Shown: positions 8,824 to 21,800 of the stretch, one piece after another
Layout: each line of letters starts with the position of its first letter
How positions within the stretch are numbered: the first letter of the stretch is position 1
Position numbers and translations under genes: made by a program
The notes under the pieces: model-generated
Databases searched by the model: none
Told to the model about the DNA's origin: nothing
What the model saw: only the letters and a program-made list of their open reading frames with translations
Source of the DNA: Bugula neritina
Lineage: Eukaryota > Animalia > Bryozoa
NCBI GenBank assembly: GCA_964035545.1
Contig: OZ037766.1
Coordinates: 27,263,673-27,327,672 of the forward strand
Direction of reading: 5' to 3'
Length of the DNA stretch: 64,000 nt

Positions 8824-10272
8824 TCAGTGTGATGGCTGCCGCTGATGTTTTGTGCCAGGTTGCTTATGTCCGGCATAAATAAGTGGTGTTGAATGGCACC
8901 AAAACTTTTAGTGCTTTTACAGCTATTTGTGAATGGATTTTACTTGCAGACACCAAAAATTTCTCAATTGGCAAAGATTTAAACTCATCTTTCAATGCAG
9001 AATTGTTAATCAGCTCAATGAAGTCCTCCTGCAACTCTTCTGGAATTTTTTCAACAGAGCGCTTAAATGGATTGCGTGTCAAGTCAAAAATCTTCTCCTT
9101 TTCTGGGGGTAGCTCTAGAAAATATTGTTCAAACTCTGCTAATAGTTCACTGAGATGCTCAGAGATGTTTTTTGCAAAAAGCTTTGGAACAGGTTCATTT
9201 GCTAATAGTTCATTGAGTGTGGGGAAAGCCACCACATTTTTCACAAGAGCGCGAGTCTGCCACAGCTTTAGTTTCGCCTTGAAAGCATTGATGCTGCCAT
9301 GAAAAGCAATGACATGATGATTGCATCCTTGCATTAATAAATTCTGGTTGTTAAGTGCAGCAAATATATCTACTAAGTAAGCAGTACATAGTTCAAATAA
9401 ATTAGCTTGCATAGCTGCTAAAAGTTCATGTTGGTTTTACTTTCAAGAAATTTTTTGACTTTCATTCAAAGCTCAAAGAGCCGAGCTAGCATGTTTCCTT
9501 TGGATAACCATCTTACTTCAGTGTGAAAAAGCAAACTGGTGAATGCAGCGTCACTCTCATGACAAAGTGCTGAAAACAGTCGAGTGTTTAGTGCTGAAGC
9601 CTTGATGTAATTCACAATTTTGATGTTTGTTGCTAAGTTAGATTTCATTGCCTGTGGTAGTGTTCTTGAAACAAGTGCCTCACGATGAATAAAGCAATGC
9701 ACACCTTCTATGTCAGGATTTTCCTTCCTTGCCAGCTGTACAAATCCTGATCTTGATCCCAGCATGGCTGGAGCTCCATCTGTACATACACTAATTACAT
9801 TTTTCCACATAAGCCCAGTTTTCTCAAAGTATTGGTCAACAAGCTGCATCATATCTACAGCTAATGTTGTTGTAAGTAAGGGCTGACAAAACATAAACTC
9901 TTCTTCTACAGATTTGCCGTGCACGTACCTACTGTACACTAATAGTTGAGAAATATTAGCTACATCAGTGAGCTCATCAAGTTGTATGGAGAAGAATGGT
10001 GACTGTTTGATTTTAGCAAATACTTTCCCTTCAATATCTCCTGCAATGTCATCAATACGTCTCTTCACAGTGTTGTTGGAAAATGAAATGTCTCGAAGTT
10101 TCTGCTCAGCTGGTTTACCAAGTACTATTGATGCACAATCAAGCAGGCAGGGTTTTATCAAAGTCTCCCCGATTGTGTGTGGTTTTTTACTTTGTGCTAT
10201 GCAAAATGAAGCAACATATGATGCTTCAACAATGGCATGGTTTTGAGCATGCATATGGCCACTAGCATTCAC
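8824..10272 (-). pseudogene. hAT (Buster/ZBED5-SCAND3-like) transposase pseudogene
   Basis: Motifs KKPHTIGETLIKPC, FSIQLDE, CTDGAPAM, HCFIHRE, LLFHTEVRWLSKG, PFNTTYLC and terminal QPSH*. Frameshift near 9440, deletion in the C-terminal dimerisation region, 5' truncated. Confidence 0.9.
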
Positions 10273-10309
10273 CCAAGTCAGTTAGAATATGTATTTCAAT
10301 AATTTCATG

Positions 10310-10313
10310 TGTG

Positions 10314-10364
<51 letters not shown>
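10310..10364. repeat. (TG)n microsatellite
   Basis: About 25 TG units seen directly. Confidence 0.95.
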
Positions 10365-10366
<2 letters not shown>

Positions 10367-12729
10367 ACAAGTATGCAAAAATATCCAAAGATGTTCAAAG
10401 TTAATTATAAAAAATTATATTTTGTATAAGTCCTTATTATAAAATAAAAACATTATTAGCCACATAATATTAGAATATTATTAGATATGTATAATTTGTA
10501 AGAGTCTTACCTTGTTTCTCCTTTCTAAGGCTGAATGCAATAATGTATGTTTCTTGTAGCGTTCTAAGTAAAATTCTCAATTACAGATTTTACATGCAAG
10601 TGGCTGTGATGTTAAGATCCATGGTATAAATCTAACAGGAAGCTGACTCACTTTTCTAGAAAATAATAATTTGTGGTTTGCCCTGAAAGGTGATTCATTA
10701 CAAAGCAAAATGCTGTTGATTATAGTTGGTTATGACACAGCTGATATCTAAATCAGCTAAAACTGTCACTATGTAAACACAAGAGTATTTTTAATTACAA
10801 ACTAACTGGTTTTCCTTTAGCTTACAGCAACAGCAATGTGTTTCCTACTGCTTCTGGTTCTTATATTATGCTAACTCCCTCCCAACATGCTCATATCAAA
10901 TTGACACAAAAGTGAATGGGAATTTTATGTGCCATCTGAAGCATTCCATGTACATTAAATTTATAAATTTAAAAATATTGAAAATTATGGTACCAGAATT
11001 GTCAATGGTTGGTCTCTGTTATGAAGTTTGGTAATTGCCTTAATTTCAATGAAATATGCAATATGAATGTGAGGCTTTGATGGTGATGAGTAAGTTTTTT
11101 TTTTAGTAAAGGCTACCCAGTACAAAGGTTTTCATCATAAACAATAGGCCAGGAAAACAAGGTGTAATTATAATCAGTGTGAAGTAGATATAGGTAGCAG
11201 TTATGGTAGAGTGAAGACTGTACAGTGATTAACAGAGAAGTATGCTTAAATTGTAAAATGCAGCTTAGATAACTAAGTAAACTAAAATGATGGCATTTAG
11301 ATTACACATGTAACTTGGAAAACAAGGAAAGTGCTCAAAAACGGTTCGCTGTTGCCACCACCAAGTTGTCGACTGCCTCCAAGATCGGGCAAGTGACTGA
11401 CATGGTGGCAAAACTGGTGGAGGCACTCACTCAGAATCCAGCGGCTGGGTCCGCTCACAGACTTTTGAGGTCACAGCCGAGACTGCCGAGGGGCGGGTTT
11501 ATCACATGCTGAAAATGTGGTAGCTGCGGGCACCTCCGCAAGGAGTGCCCCTCAGCGCAGCGGGGGTTGAATTCTCATGGCTCGCAGAAACTTCTGCCAG
11601 CTGCGGGCCGGAGATAAGACTTCCCCCCGCAGGGGAGCCGTCAGCAGTCTATACAAACGAGACGGGCAGCCCTGCAGAAGTGGCAGGTGGCACAAAGGAC
11701 GAACAAGCCGTACAGCCGGCCTGATGCCCTCACTGTGCCACTCTAAAATCACTTTGGCGAGTTGTGCAAATCAGAGTCTGACAACGAGGGGAGACAGGAC
11801 CTAGCATCTGGTAGAATACTTCCTCCCCCTCAAAAACCTGTCCACAACTGTCGGACGCAGCCCCAGGCTAAGCTCAAAGCAAGAGAGGTGTCTCGTGCAA
11901 AGACCGAGCGCACTAGGTGGCAGCTATTTCTTACCAGACAAGATAGTCGGTAAATCTGTCATTTTTCTGCTAGATTTAGGGTGTACCACTAACCTCTTAA
12001 GCCGCCAGATCTTTGACACCCTAAGCGCTAGAGACAAGGCTGGTTTGGAGCCATATGATGGGGAACATGGCACGCTAGCGGACAGGTCGTGTATTCCCTT
12101 CTATGGCATAGTTGAGTTAACGGGGCATGTCCGAGATCAGGCGATTCAGGAGACGTTGATCGTCAGTCAACTCAAGGAGGATGCTATCTTTAGGATGCCA
12201 TTCATAGGCATGAATGCCATATTGATTTTAGCAATCCTGTGGTGGTTATGGCTGGGCAGGAGCTCACCTGTGTCGACAAGTTTGGCCGTCCGCTTGTGGA
12301 GGCGTACAGGTAGTACAGAGCTGTACCATACCAGGACGCTCCCGTGCCACTATGCACTGCAGGGTGAACAGTAGGCAGATCTTTAGACTGGGAGTGGTAG
12401 AGGGCACTCACAAAAGAATCCAGCTCGCCAGCAGCTTAAAGCAGCTGACTGCGTAAGGAGAGATTTTAGTGCAGTGTGTCAATCTCTTCAAGGAGCCGGT
12501 GGAGCTACCGGCTGGGCCCATGGTAGGCCAGTTTCACTCAGTCCAAAAAAGAGATCGCCATCGGGCTGTCGTTGGGCAAGACGACGGACAACCCCTGTCG
12601 ACCTCCCAAAGGAGGTCAGGGACCAGTCCCAAATCACGTCAAGGACTTGCACAAGGAGGCCTGTCAGGGCTGCACAAGCAATGAGGAATGACTGGTTATG
12701 GCGAAGTTGCTGCGTGAGTACAAGGACAT

Positions 12730-12953
12730 TGTAATGTTGTAGTAATTAGTGAATCAAAGCAAGAAACCTGTTTTGTCATCTGTGCTGCTATTTTACCCTT
12801 GTTGCAAAAGTCATGTCAGGTCAGCAACAGGATATATGATTTGCTATGTTTATGTACATTTATGAAGTTCAATAATAAATCAGTTTAGATCTATGTGACA
12901 AACTACAAAGACATTCCCTTGCTCTTTCTATCATATAATAGACTAACATTAAA
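12730..12953 (+). mobile_element. Solo-LTR-like insertion (224 bp) in the decayed pol
   Basis: Interrupts YKD|VFSSG. Ends are TGTAATGTT...AACATTAAA, with internal AATAAA. Flanks GACAT/GATGT are consistent with a 5-bp GACGT TSD. Confidence 0.7.
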
Positions 12954-14785
12954 GATGTGTTCAGCAGTGGGGACCATGATGTGGGCCTGACTCAGGCTGC
13001 CCATTACGAGATTACTCTGGCTGCAGGAACAGTCCCGATCCGGCAACCTACACGTAAGTTGGGGTCGGAGAAGGAGGTAAGCCAACAAGTCCGGGATCTT
13101 CTAGACCGTAGCCTCATAGAGCCAGCACATAGTGCGTAAAGCTCGCCAGTCGTTTTGGTTCGGAAGAACGACGGGAGATGGCGGTTCTGTGTGAACTATC
13201 GCAAGCTCAACAACGTGACCAAACAGGACGCATGCCCACTTCCCCGTATTGATGAGTCTCTGAATGCCTTGGCTAGTAGGAAGTACTTAAGCACTCTAGA
13301 CTTGCTTAGCGGGTGCTGGCAAGTCCCCTTAGTCCTGACGCCCAAAATAAGGCTGCGTTTATAATGCAGGACAGGCTCTGGATATGGAAGGTGTTGCCAT
13401 TCGGTTGACCTTTGCCCCGACCACCTTCCAAAAGCTCATGGAGCAGGCCCTCAGTGCACTCTACTGGGAGACGCTGCTCATCTACTTCGATGATGTCATC
13501 GTGATTTGCCCAGACTTCATTACTCATGTCAGCCGTCTGAAAGAGGTTTTTGATCATCTCAGAGGTGCCGGTCTGAAGCTGAAACCCTCCAAATGCGCTC
13601 TGTTACAGCTGGAGGTTAAGTACCTGGGTCACGTCGTGGGTCGTAACGGCATGGCGACAAATCTTGACAAGGTACGAGCAGTGAAAAACTGGGTCACACC
13701 CCAGGAATTGACCAAACTCTGGGCATTCCTGGGCTTGGTAGGGTACTACAAGCAGTGCATACAAGATTTTGCAAGAATATCGTAGCCGTTAAATCGGCTC
13801 ACCTCAAAGGGGGTTTCCTGGCAGTGGACCCCAGTCAAACAGCAGGCATTCCACCGCCTCAAGGGTTGCTTACTTAGAGCACTCGTTTTGGCCTACCCCA
13901 ATCCCGTTCGGGAATACATCCTGGATACTAACGCCAGCGACCACAATGTAAGTGCTGCGCTGTCACAAGTCCAGGAGGGTTGGAAAGTAGTAGTTGCTTA
14001 CTACAGCAAAGCTCTTTCTGCCACCAAGAAGAATTACTGCACCACCAGCAAGGAGCTCCTGACAGTAATCAAAGCGGTGAAACATTTTCGACCTTATCTC
14101 TACCGCAGAATGTTCCGGCTGCGAACGAACCATGCCTCAGTGATTTGGTTGTGTAAGAGAACTGAACCCTCCAGCCAGGTCGCACAGTGGCTTAAAATCC
14201 TAGCCAAGTTTTCCTACCGGATCAAACATCAACCAGAAAATAAACACGGCAATTCAGACGGGTTGAGCTGGCGACCCAACAAAAGATGCAGACAGTGTCT
14301 CAGCATTGAGAGGAGGGACGGAGGCCTCTCGCGATCCCAGTTGAAGGCACTGCCTGAAAATGGAGAGAGGTACAGCTGAGAGCATGGCCGGCTGGTGCCT
14401 GCGCCTGACCAAAGTTCGGATGGTGTGCGGGCCTTCCGCGCTAACTCCGACTTGGCTGGTAATGTTTCTGAGCTGAAAAAACTCCACGAAACCCTTCCTT
14501 GAGTGGTAGCCGACGTGCACCGGGCCAAGAAAGAGGGCAGGCAACCCAGCGAAGAACAACAGAGGCAGGGGTGCGCCGAATTCAGGCTACTCTGCCAATG
14601 CTGGGACTCCTTGTGGAACAACGTGGATAGACTCCTGACCATCATGTTGGTTGCCAATGGCAGACATCCGGAATGAAAGCGGGTAGTCTGCCCCTCTGCC
14701 ATCTACCGGGAGTTGATTGGCTACGGCACGGACCTGAATATGAAGTGGTAGTGCCGCGGAACAGGGATATGGTAAGAGATGAGCA

Positions 14786-15916
14786 CACAGTTAGTTTAAG
14801 GTCATGTCTTTCAGTTTCTGGCTCTTTGCCAGGTGCTTTACTTTCTATATGAACAATGTTCCACTGATAGCTTGAACAGGTTGAATGTCACAGGAACAAA
14901 AAAATGCAAAAAAAATAAAGCAACTTATGTTCTCCAACATACTTTTTTAATTTTTTCAAAAGCCCCTTCATTTTCAAGTTATAGCTTGTTGAAAAACATT
15001 GTCCCCTTTTCACATATTTTCTAACTTATGCACTCCTAACTTGTTATTGTATCTCAATATGCCTTGTATTTGAGTGCTCGTTAGTCTTGCTTCACTAACT
15101 GCCTTTGCTTATACTATACAAGTGCCAGTGCTGCAAATGTACGAGGAAAGTTATAATTAGTCGCAGGAGGGTAGCTAGAACCACTATATAAAGAATCTAA
15201 ATAATTGCAATGAAACTTGCAAAATGGTGTATGTTTTAATCAAATTGTAAAGAGCATAACCTGAGTTTTGAAAAACAAAGAAAATATATTAGAAAAAACA
15301 TATCAAGGAACGTCAAGTTTGGATTTTAGACTAAACCTAGGGCCACACGGTGCGTATTTTCACAAGCGAAAATTTAAACCACACGTAGAAAAGGTGTCCA
15401 CTGTAGGCGTTGAGAAAATATTCGCACTTGTCGCTCAGCATTCTGAACCCAAGTGCGAATCGTCTCTGTCGTCGCACCTTATTTGGCTGGTAGTTATTTA
15501 GTGGGCCCACTTTTCTTAATTTAGTGCTACATTCCAATAAATTGCGTTTTATTGAAAGCAAGTGGAATTTGAAAATAAACTCTTAGTTTATCTCGCTACA
15601 GTGGACACCTTTTATACTTGTGGTTTAAATTTTCGCATGCGAAAATACGCACCGTGTGGCCCTAGGCTTAATAAAATTAATCCCCTATGCTATGGCAGTG
15701 GACCATGGAGGGTGTAAAGTTTTACTTATTGTATAACAACTTTATCAGAAAATTTTCTTTTGAAAAAGTACAAAAGTATATGGAAGAGGAATGTGAGAAC
15801 TATCTTTCCATGAATAATTTGAGACAAAAACTGTTCGAGCTATCCCCTGGAAACCGTTTATATATAACATAAAGCAGCGCCTGAATCTGAAAAGTTATGA
15901 CCTTAAACTAACTGTG
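14786..15916. mobile_element. Non-autonomous TIR DNA transposon, CMC/EnSpm-like
   Basis: Perfect 20-bp TIR CACAGTTAGTTTAAGGTCAT (imperfectly extendable to ~35 bp) and 2-bp TSD CA. Removing it restores the pol frame (RDEQPP). Confidence 0.8.
15335..15668. mobile_element. PIF/Harbinger-like MITE nested in the previous element
   Basis: ~70-bp imperfect TIRs (CCTAGGGCCACACGGTGCGTATTTTC...) flanked by TAA. Confidence 0.75.
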
Positions 15917-16770
15917 CAACCACCTCCTCCACCAGAGGTGAGGCCGCCACCTCCAGCACCAACCTCAGTACTGCCACCTCCGGTGCCTGATCTGGGTCAA
16001 GGGGTGGGGAGCTCTCTCCTACAGGAAGGTCCCACCCAGAACGGCAAAGTGGAGGCCATTGCTGGCTTCCCCGTCCAGGCTGCTTCCCCTGTGGAACCTA
16101 TGGGTCCACTCGTGGAGCCGCTGCTGTCTCTGGAGAGAAGTCAGCAGTCACGGCAACCTTCACCTTACCTGCAAGACTTTGTCTGCGACTGCCTGCAAAA
16201 CGGTAGATCAATAAGTCAAGCGATGGGCCCGGCCGAGAGTTGCCGCGAGCAGTGTGGGAGTAGTGGGCCCAAGGGCAAAAAGGACTTTTGCAAACGCGGA
16301 ACGATTGATGGAGTTAATCCGCCAACCCCGTAAAGTCTAATACAACAACCACGTTGCCTGGCCTTTTTACACACTGATGCAGTCAAAGCCAGGCGCACTC
16401 TCCACTCTTTCTCATAACTTCACCTCCAAATGTCGAGTATAATATCTAATACCGAGTTTTGGGGTAAGTCAATTTAGATCTAGTATTCCTCTTATTATGG
16501 GAACGGGTATACCCTCAGTTCAGTCCTATACAACTAGGTTAGTTTAGTGGATCTAGCTGGAGATAGTGATAGTGATTATGGGCGGCGAGGACACAAGATG
16601 AAAAGATTTTAAACTAAAATTCGTGGTTCTCAGTTAGTCTACCTCAATGTTGCTAGTCTCGCGAGTGTCATACCAGAAGGATTTGTGACTCTCAGGCTGT
16701 CTAAGGCCGGGTTTCACAAGAATTATGTGTAAAGGTCTGTACCGGTCTAACAATAATTATGCTCTTTTAG

Positions 16771-17562
16771 ATACCACTTGACCTGCTACTGCAAGTGCCT
16801 CTATGTCGTCCAGGCCCGCCTGGGGCGACGATGACTTACCCAGTCAGCCACCTCCTCCCTTCCTCCTCTTTATGGAAGACGAGTTGCCGGAGCTGCTCCG
16901 TAGGCAATGGCCCTAGGTGTCACTAACCACCAATAAGAAGATAGAGCCGCTTGGAGGCTTAAAGATAATACCACTTGTCAGCTGTGCCAATGCCCGTGCA
17001 AAGAATATAGGTTCCACCACAGCTTCGTCCCGGACCACCAGCAGAAGACGGGCTGCTATGAAGGGGCTATCTTTATGGTTGATGAACTTAGCTTCCCGGA
17101 ATTCTTCGCCGCCATCCGGCCACTTATCTACGAGCCACTGGTCTTGGCTGCCCTCTTGTAGGGATTCCTGTCACTATGACATATAACTCCGGAGTTCCAG
17201 TTTGACCTCCATTTTAAACAGACTCACCCAGAGACAGAACTCTCTTGCCGACCTCAGCCTCATCTAGATCACTGTAGGCTTCCTGCGCCGGAATCCACCT
17301 CTTCTGTCAGGCCATACAAAAGGCCGGCAGAGCATAGAGTCAATAGGATGACGTCCATATTTTTCTCCATGACCTCTCCAGACTCCAGACTCTCCAGGCG
17401 TATGATACTGAACAACGATTCTAGAGACTCCAATCCGGACTTAGACAGCTGGCACCTTAACTCTTGGCTGTTACGACCAAACTAAATCAATTAAAGGACT
17501 CCGTGGGCCGAATAAAACGCAAGCTCCGTACTCAATGGCCCAGACCGAGTATGCATCTCTGA
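16771..17562 (+). pseudogene. Decayed homolog of Gypsy ORF3
   Basis: Segments PELLRRQWP*VS, CQLC, CPC-x12-H-x5-C, VDELSFPEFFAAIRPL and QLAP*LLAVTTKLNQLKDSVGRIKRKLR align to ORF3. CTAAC...TTTTAG acceptor at 16747-16770. Confidence 0.8.
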
Positions 17563-18872
17563 TATGACAGTGTATGTTTTTACTGTTATGTAGAGATTTG
17601 TTTCTTACTTGGTGACTATCGTCTTAGCCACGTCTGCTAAATTTCTAGTTTCTTTTTGTGTTCCTTATATGTAATCTATTTTTCTTTATACGTGTGTATT
17701 TTTTGTGTTTTATTTGACTTTTTGATATTTCCACACCATCTTTGGAATTATCAGAAAGTGGGCTTCCTACTGCAGGGGTGGTGTGATAGTCAGTAAAAGT
17801 ATACCCCTAGTAAGCATAATGTAATAGATTATGGTCAGGAACGGCAACTCCAAGTCATGCCGTCTCTACATGCGGTGCCTACTAATACATGCTGCGGCAC
17901 CGCCAGCAACTGCGGACGATACTACTGGAATCTGTGTCAACCAGTCAGGGTCAACTACTCATATATAAGTAAAGCCCTTTGGCGCCCAGTCAGTCTTGGA
18001 CATTGTTAGTAGCTACTAGGTTCATCATATGTAATTGCTTTCACTATTATATTTTATCCTTTTATCCTTAAGCTTATTTTTAATCATGTGTAATTGATTC
18101 AATACGACTATCTTCTTAGACGCTCAACTTGTTCGGTTCTTCACATAACCTCAGTGATATGCAGTAATTACCAGCACGCAATAAGACCCAATCTAGTAAT
18201 GCACGAAACTACAACAATATTATGTGCTGTTGCAAAAATATCATTTTAAAGATAGTCAGTCATTCACAGCTAATATGTTGCAAGCACTGTGTTTGAGCTT
18301 GTATTACATTATATAATAAAAGGGAAAGTTAAAGCAAACTTATTATAATTTTGAGAAGTTACAAATATGAGAATTGCATGGGTTGACACCCTTGACATCT
18401 AAAATATAAAATTTGCAGGAACAGTTCCTAAAAGTCAAATAATTCTAAAACATGTATTATTAAATTTATTTTTTATACCCTTGAAATTTTGGCTGAAAAT
18501 ATATATTGTAAAATGTATAGCTCAGCAAGCAAAAAACTCTGATTTGGTAGGTTGATTAGTAGACATAAAATATAATAACAGTATTTGATATGCCAGATAT
18601 TAAATTCAAAAATGATGTAACTTGGAATAAAGTGTCATTAAATTATATAAAATCATCAACTAAAATATCACTATTCTAGATTATGTCAAACAAAAACCAG
18701 TATAAGTGATGTTTAAGCAAAATATATTGATAAAAAAATAACTGTTTAATATATTAGAGGCAATTATTTACCTACCTGGCAAAAACAAGCAAAAATAACT
18801 GTATAATGTAGGTATACAAGCAGTCATTTGTAAACTAGGAGTTGTCCCATCACCAATTTGCAATAGAAAACA

Positions 18873-21800
18873 TTATGCTTGCTGTCTGGTGCAGTTGATC
18901 ATAATCTTGATTCCACTGCCACCCATAGCAGCATTGTAGGCATCCAGCGTCTGCTCTAATGTAAACCTGTGCGTAATCAGTGGCTTGACATTGATACGCC
19001 CCGTAGATATCATCTCCAGAGCATTTTGGTACCTGGGCAACACAATCACCGAAAGCATATCACATGATGCAGATAAGTTAAAACAAGTGAATTTAAACAG
19101 TACCAGTATAAAATAATAGACAAAAAAGCAAACTGGCAAGAGTGAATATTGAGTGAGTGGATAGTGTTTGAAATAAATTAGGAGAAAGCAAATGCCTGCT
19201 TCCATCTTGACAACTGCTTTTGACCGATCAATAAAACCTTTCCATTTAAATTGCTGTAGCACTATGCATAATTTTTTTCTTGTTATAACCTTTATACAAT
19301 CAAGTTGAAAGACATAATAGTGCAGTGATGTTAATTTAAATAATGGTGATTCAAAACAACCCATAACATTATCTTGCTCAATAAAAACACAACTCATCAA
19401 GTGTTCATAGTTTTTTGTTTAAGGGGAAAGATATAAGCAAAACTAGCCGCAGTCATAATATAAAGCTAGTATAGCAAATTTAATAAACAAACCTTTGCTC
19501 AACTTTTACCCTATTTCAGTATTTTTGCACCTGGACCATTATTTACATAAGTACGTAAATTATCAGTTTTATATTGAGAGTCGCCAACTTTGTATTAATC
19601 CCAAATAGTTCTAATTTCTGAACATCCAATTATTCACCAATTTTGAAAACCAGTTCATTTCCCAAGAAATTGATACATTACCTATCATCAAACTTGAAAG
19701 TGCAAACTGCAACGACAAAACCTCCTAGGAAGCAGTAAACTTACGAGTTACAGTATCTGAACACGCCTCTGATGTCAACCTCTCTACAGGCGGCATTCAC
19801 GATGGGAACCTTCACTTCTGGAGGTCCTAAACCAACCAGACAGACCATTCCGCCTGATTTAGTAGCCTGGAACAGTGCCAAGTGTATTAAAGTAAATAGA
19901 AGTAATGAGTGTTTGTCATAGAGAAGACTTCAATGACTGTGTGCCATCTTCCTTTCACTGTAAAAATTCGCACAAGTTTATAGTCACTACCCCTGTGAGA
20001 ACCCCTGTTATTTAAATTGAGCTAAAGACTTATTCATCTATGTGACACAGGAGCAATTATGATTGAATGCTCTTCCTAACATCACCAATGGCCTTTACTG
20101 GGGTTCTAACCCATGACTTCGTGCTCACTAAGCCAGCGCTTTAACCACTACACCACAGCTGCTTCCTTTTACTTTGCTTTCACTGTAACATCACCATAAA
20201 ATTGGTAGCAGTCTTGATATATCTTGACACATCAGACGAGACAGAGCACTGTATGAACTATTTAGGTCATGGGTTTAAATCCCGGCAGGGCTATTGGTGA
20301 GGTCAGGAAGGGTATCCAACCATAATTGCTTCCGTGCCACAGCGAGCTCTCAACCCATGATAGAACCGGTCTTTAATCTTAAAAAACTTACCACTACACT
20401 GGATTCTAATATGAATAGAGACTTCAAATAAACATAAGTTTATAATAAAATAATCATGCAATAATTATATATATTGACAAGTTAGACAAGGTGATATTCA
20501 AAGTGACACTTACATATATTGCCATCTGTATAGCACTCTCTGCTCCACTACACTCTATAGTAATTTCCGGCATTTTACCACCCAAACTGTCTTTCACTCT
20601 ACCCGCCATTTCCTGAGCATCTCTTGTATCAACCAATAGGATGTGATCAGCTCCCATTTTCTTAGCAAAGTCCAGCCTAGACTGAGAAATGTCTACAAAA
20701 ACAATCAGCACAACATATTTACAGCAACCTAACTCGAGGAGTCAACCGAAGTAACCAACAACTATAGTAAGTCATAAATTCAAGCGTAACTAATTAAACT
20801 AATACTAATTTAATAATTCATACATGACAAACCACAACTAATTCATGAGATTCCCTGAAGATATGAAGTGAAGTCATAAGACATACCTGTGACGACCACT
20901 TCACTGGCACCATACGCCTTGGCACTCATCATGGCCAGCAATCCTATTGGACCAGCACCAGCCACTAACACTCTCTTACCAATGGTAACCCCAGCTCTAG
21001 TGCATGCATAGACAGCAACAGAGAGGGGTTCTAGTAGTGCCCCTTCCTCCATGGAAACATGATCAGGCAGTCTAAAAGTTAAACCAAAGTCATATTGGGA
21101 ATTTGTGTTATAGATACTGTGTATACTGAGCTAAAACATACAAGAAAATTAGGCAGATTAAGAGTTATGTTCTACCACTCTAACAAGAGAAGACAAAATG
21201 AAAACATAATAAACAACCAAAATATAGTTTCTCCTCTGCTTTACAGAATGGGCAAATTGTGCCTCACTTTTAGATATCATTACAGTGCAATACATAAAAA
21301 ACATATCCAGCACCTTTGAAACAATTCATCAGAGAAATTTGCAGTCAAACTTTTGGCATGAGTTTTTCATGAAATGTGAAAAAATCTCAGTAGCTTGAAT
21401 TTAAAAAAAGAAGCAACAAATGTGCTCCTACTTGAAACAGAAATCTGCAGCTAGTGTTGTGAGTCTGGTTAAAGTGCCATGAACTGGGGGCGTGGCATAA
21501 AATATGACATCAGGACACAGGTTGTATTTGCCACCTTTACAAAGATCACATCGTCTGCAAGGAATGCCAGGCTCCATAGCAACCCTGTCACCTGCCACAT
21601 AGAATGACAACATAGTCAGGTGCCTGTTCACCATGCCTTATTAGAAAAGGAAATTAAAAACATACTGCATTTTGCTTTTTTTATCTAAATTGACACAAAT
21701 ATTCTTACATAATGTTTGCAAAAAAATGTCTTCTCATTCCATAACATAAAGCATGTAGTCTAGTAAGTTTAGTTGGTGACAGGAGCTAGCAACTCAAGCA

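Larger units (their letters stand above)
11340..18216 (+). mobile_element. Decayed, 5'-truncated Gypsy related to the intact element (gag end, PR-RT-RH, integrase deleted, ORF3 remnant, 3' LTR)
   Basis: Collinear similarity (TASKIGQVTDMVAKL, FLLDLGCTTNLLSRQ, YFDD, HGPEYEVV, PYLQDFVCDC) with many stops and frameshifts. PPT GCAGGGGTGG is followed by an LTR from 17782 (TGTGATAGT) to about 18216 (ACTACAACA). Confidence 0.9.

Noticed and set aside
20085-20163. tRNA gene (also 51215-51283)
   Set aside because: A and B boxes are present but there is no good acceptor stem, and the sequence continues into a shared SINE body.
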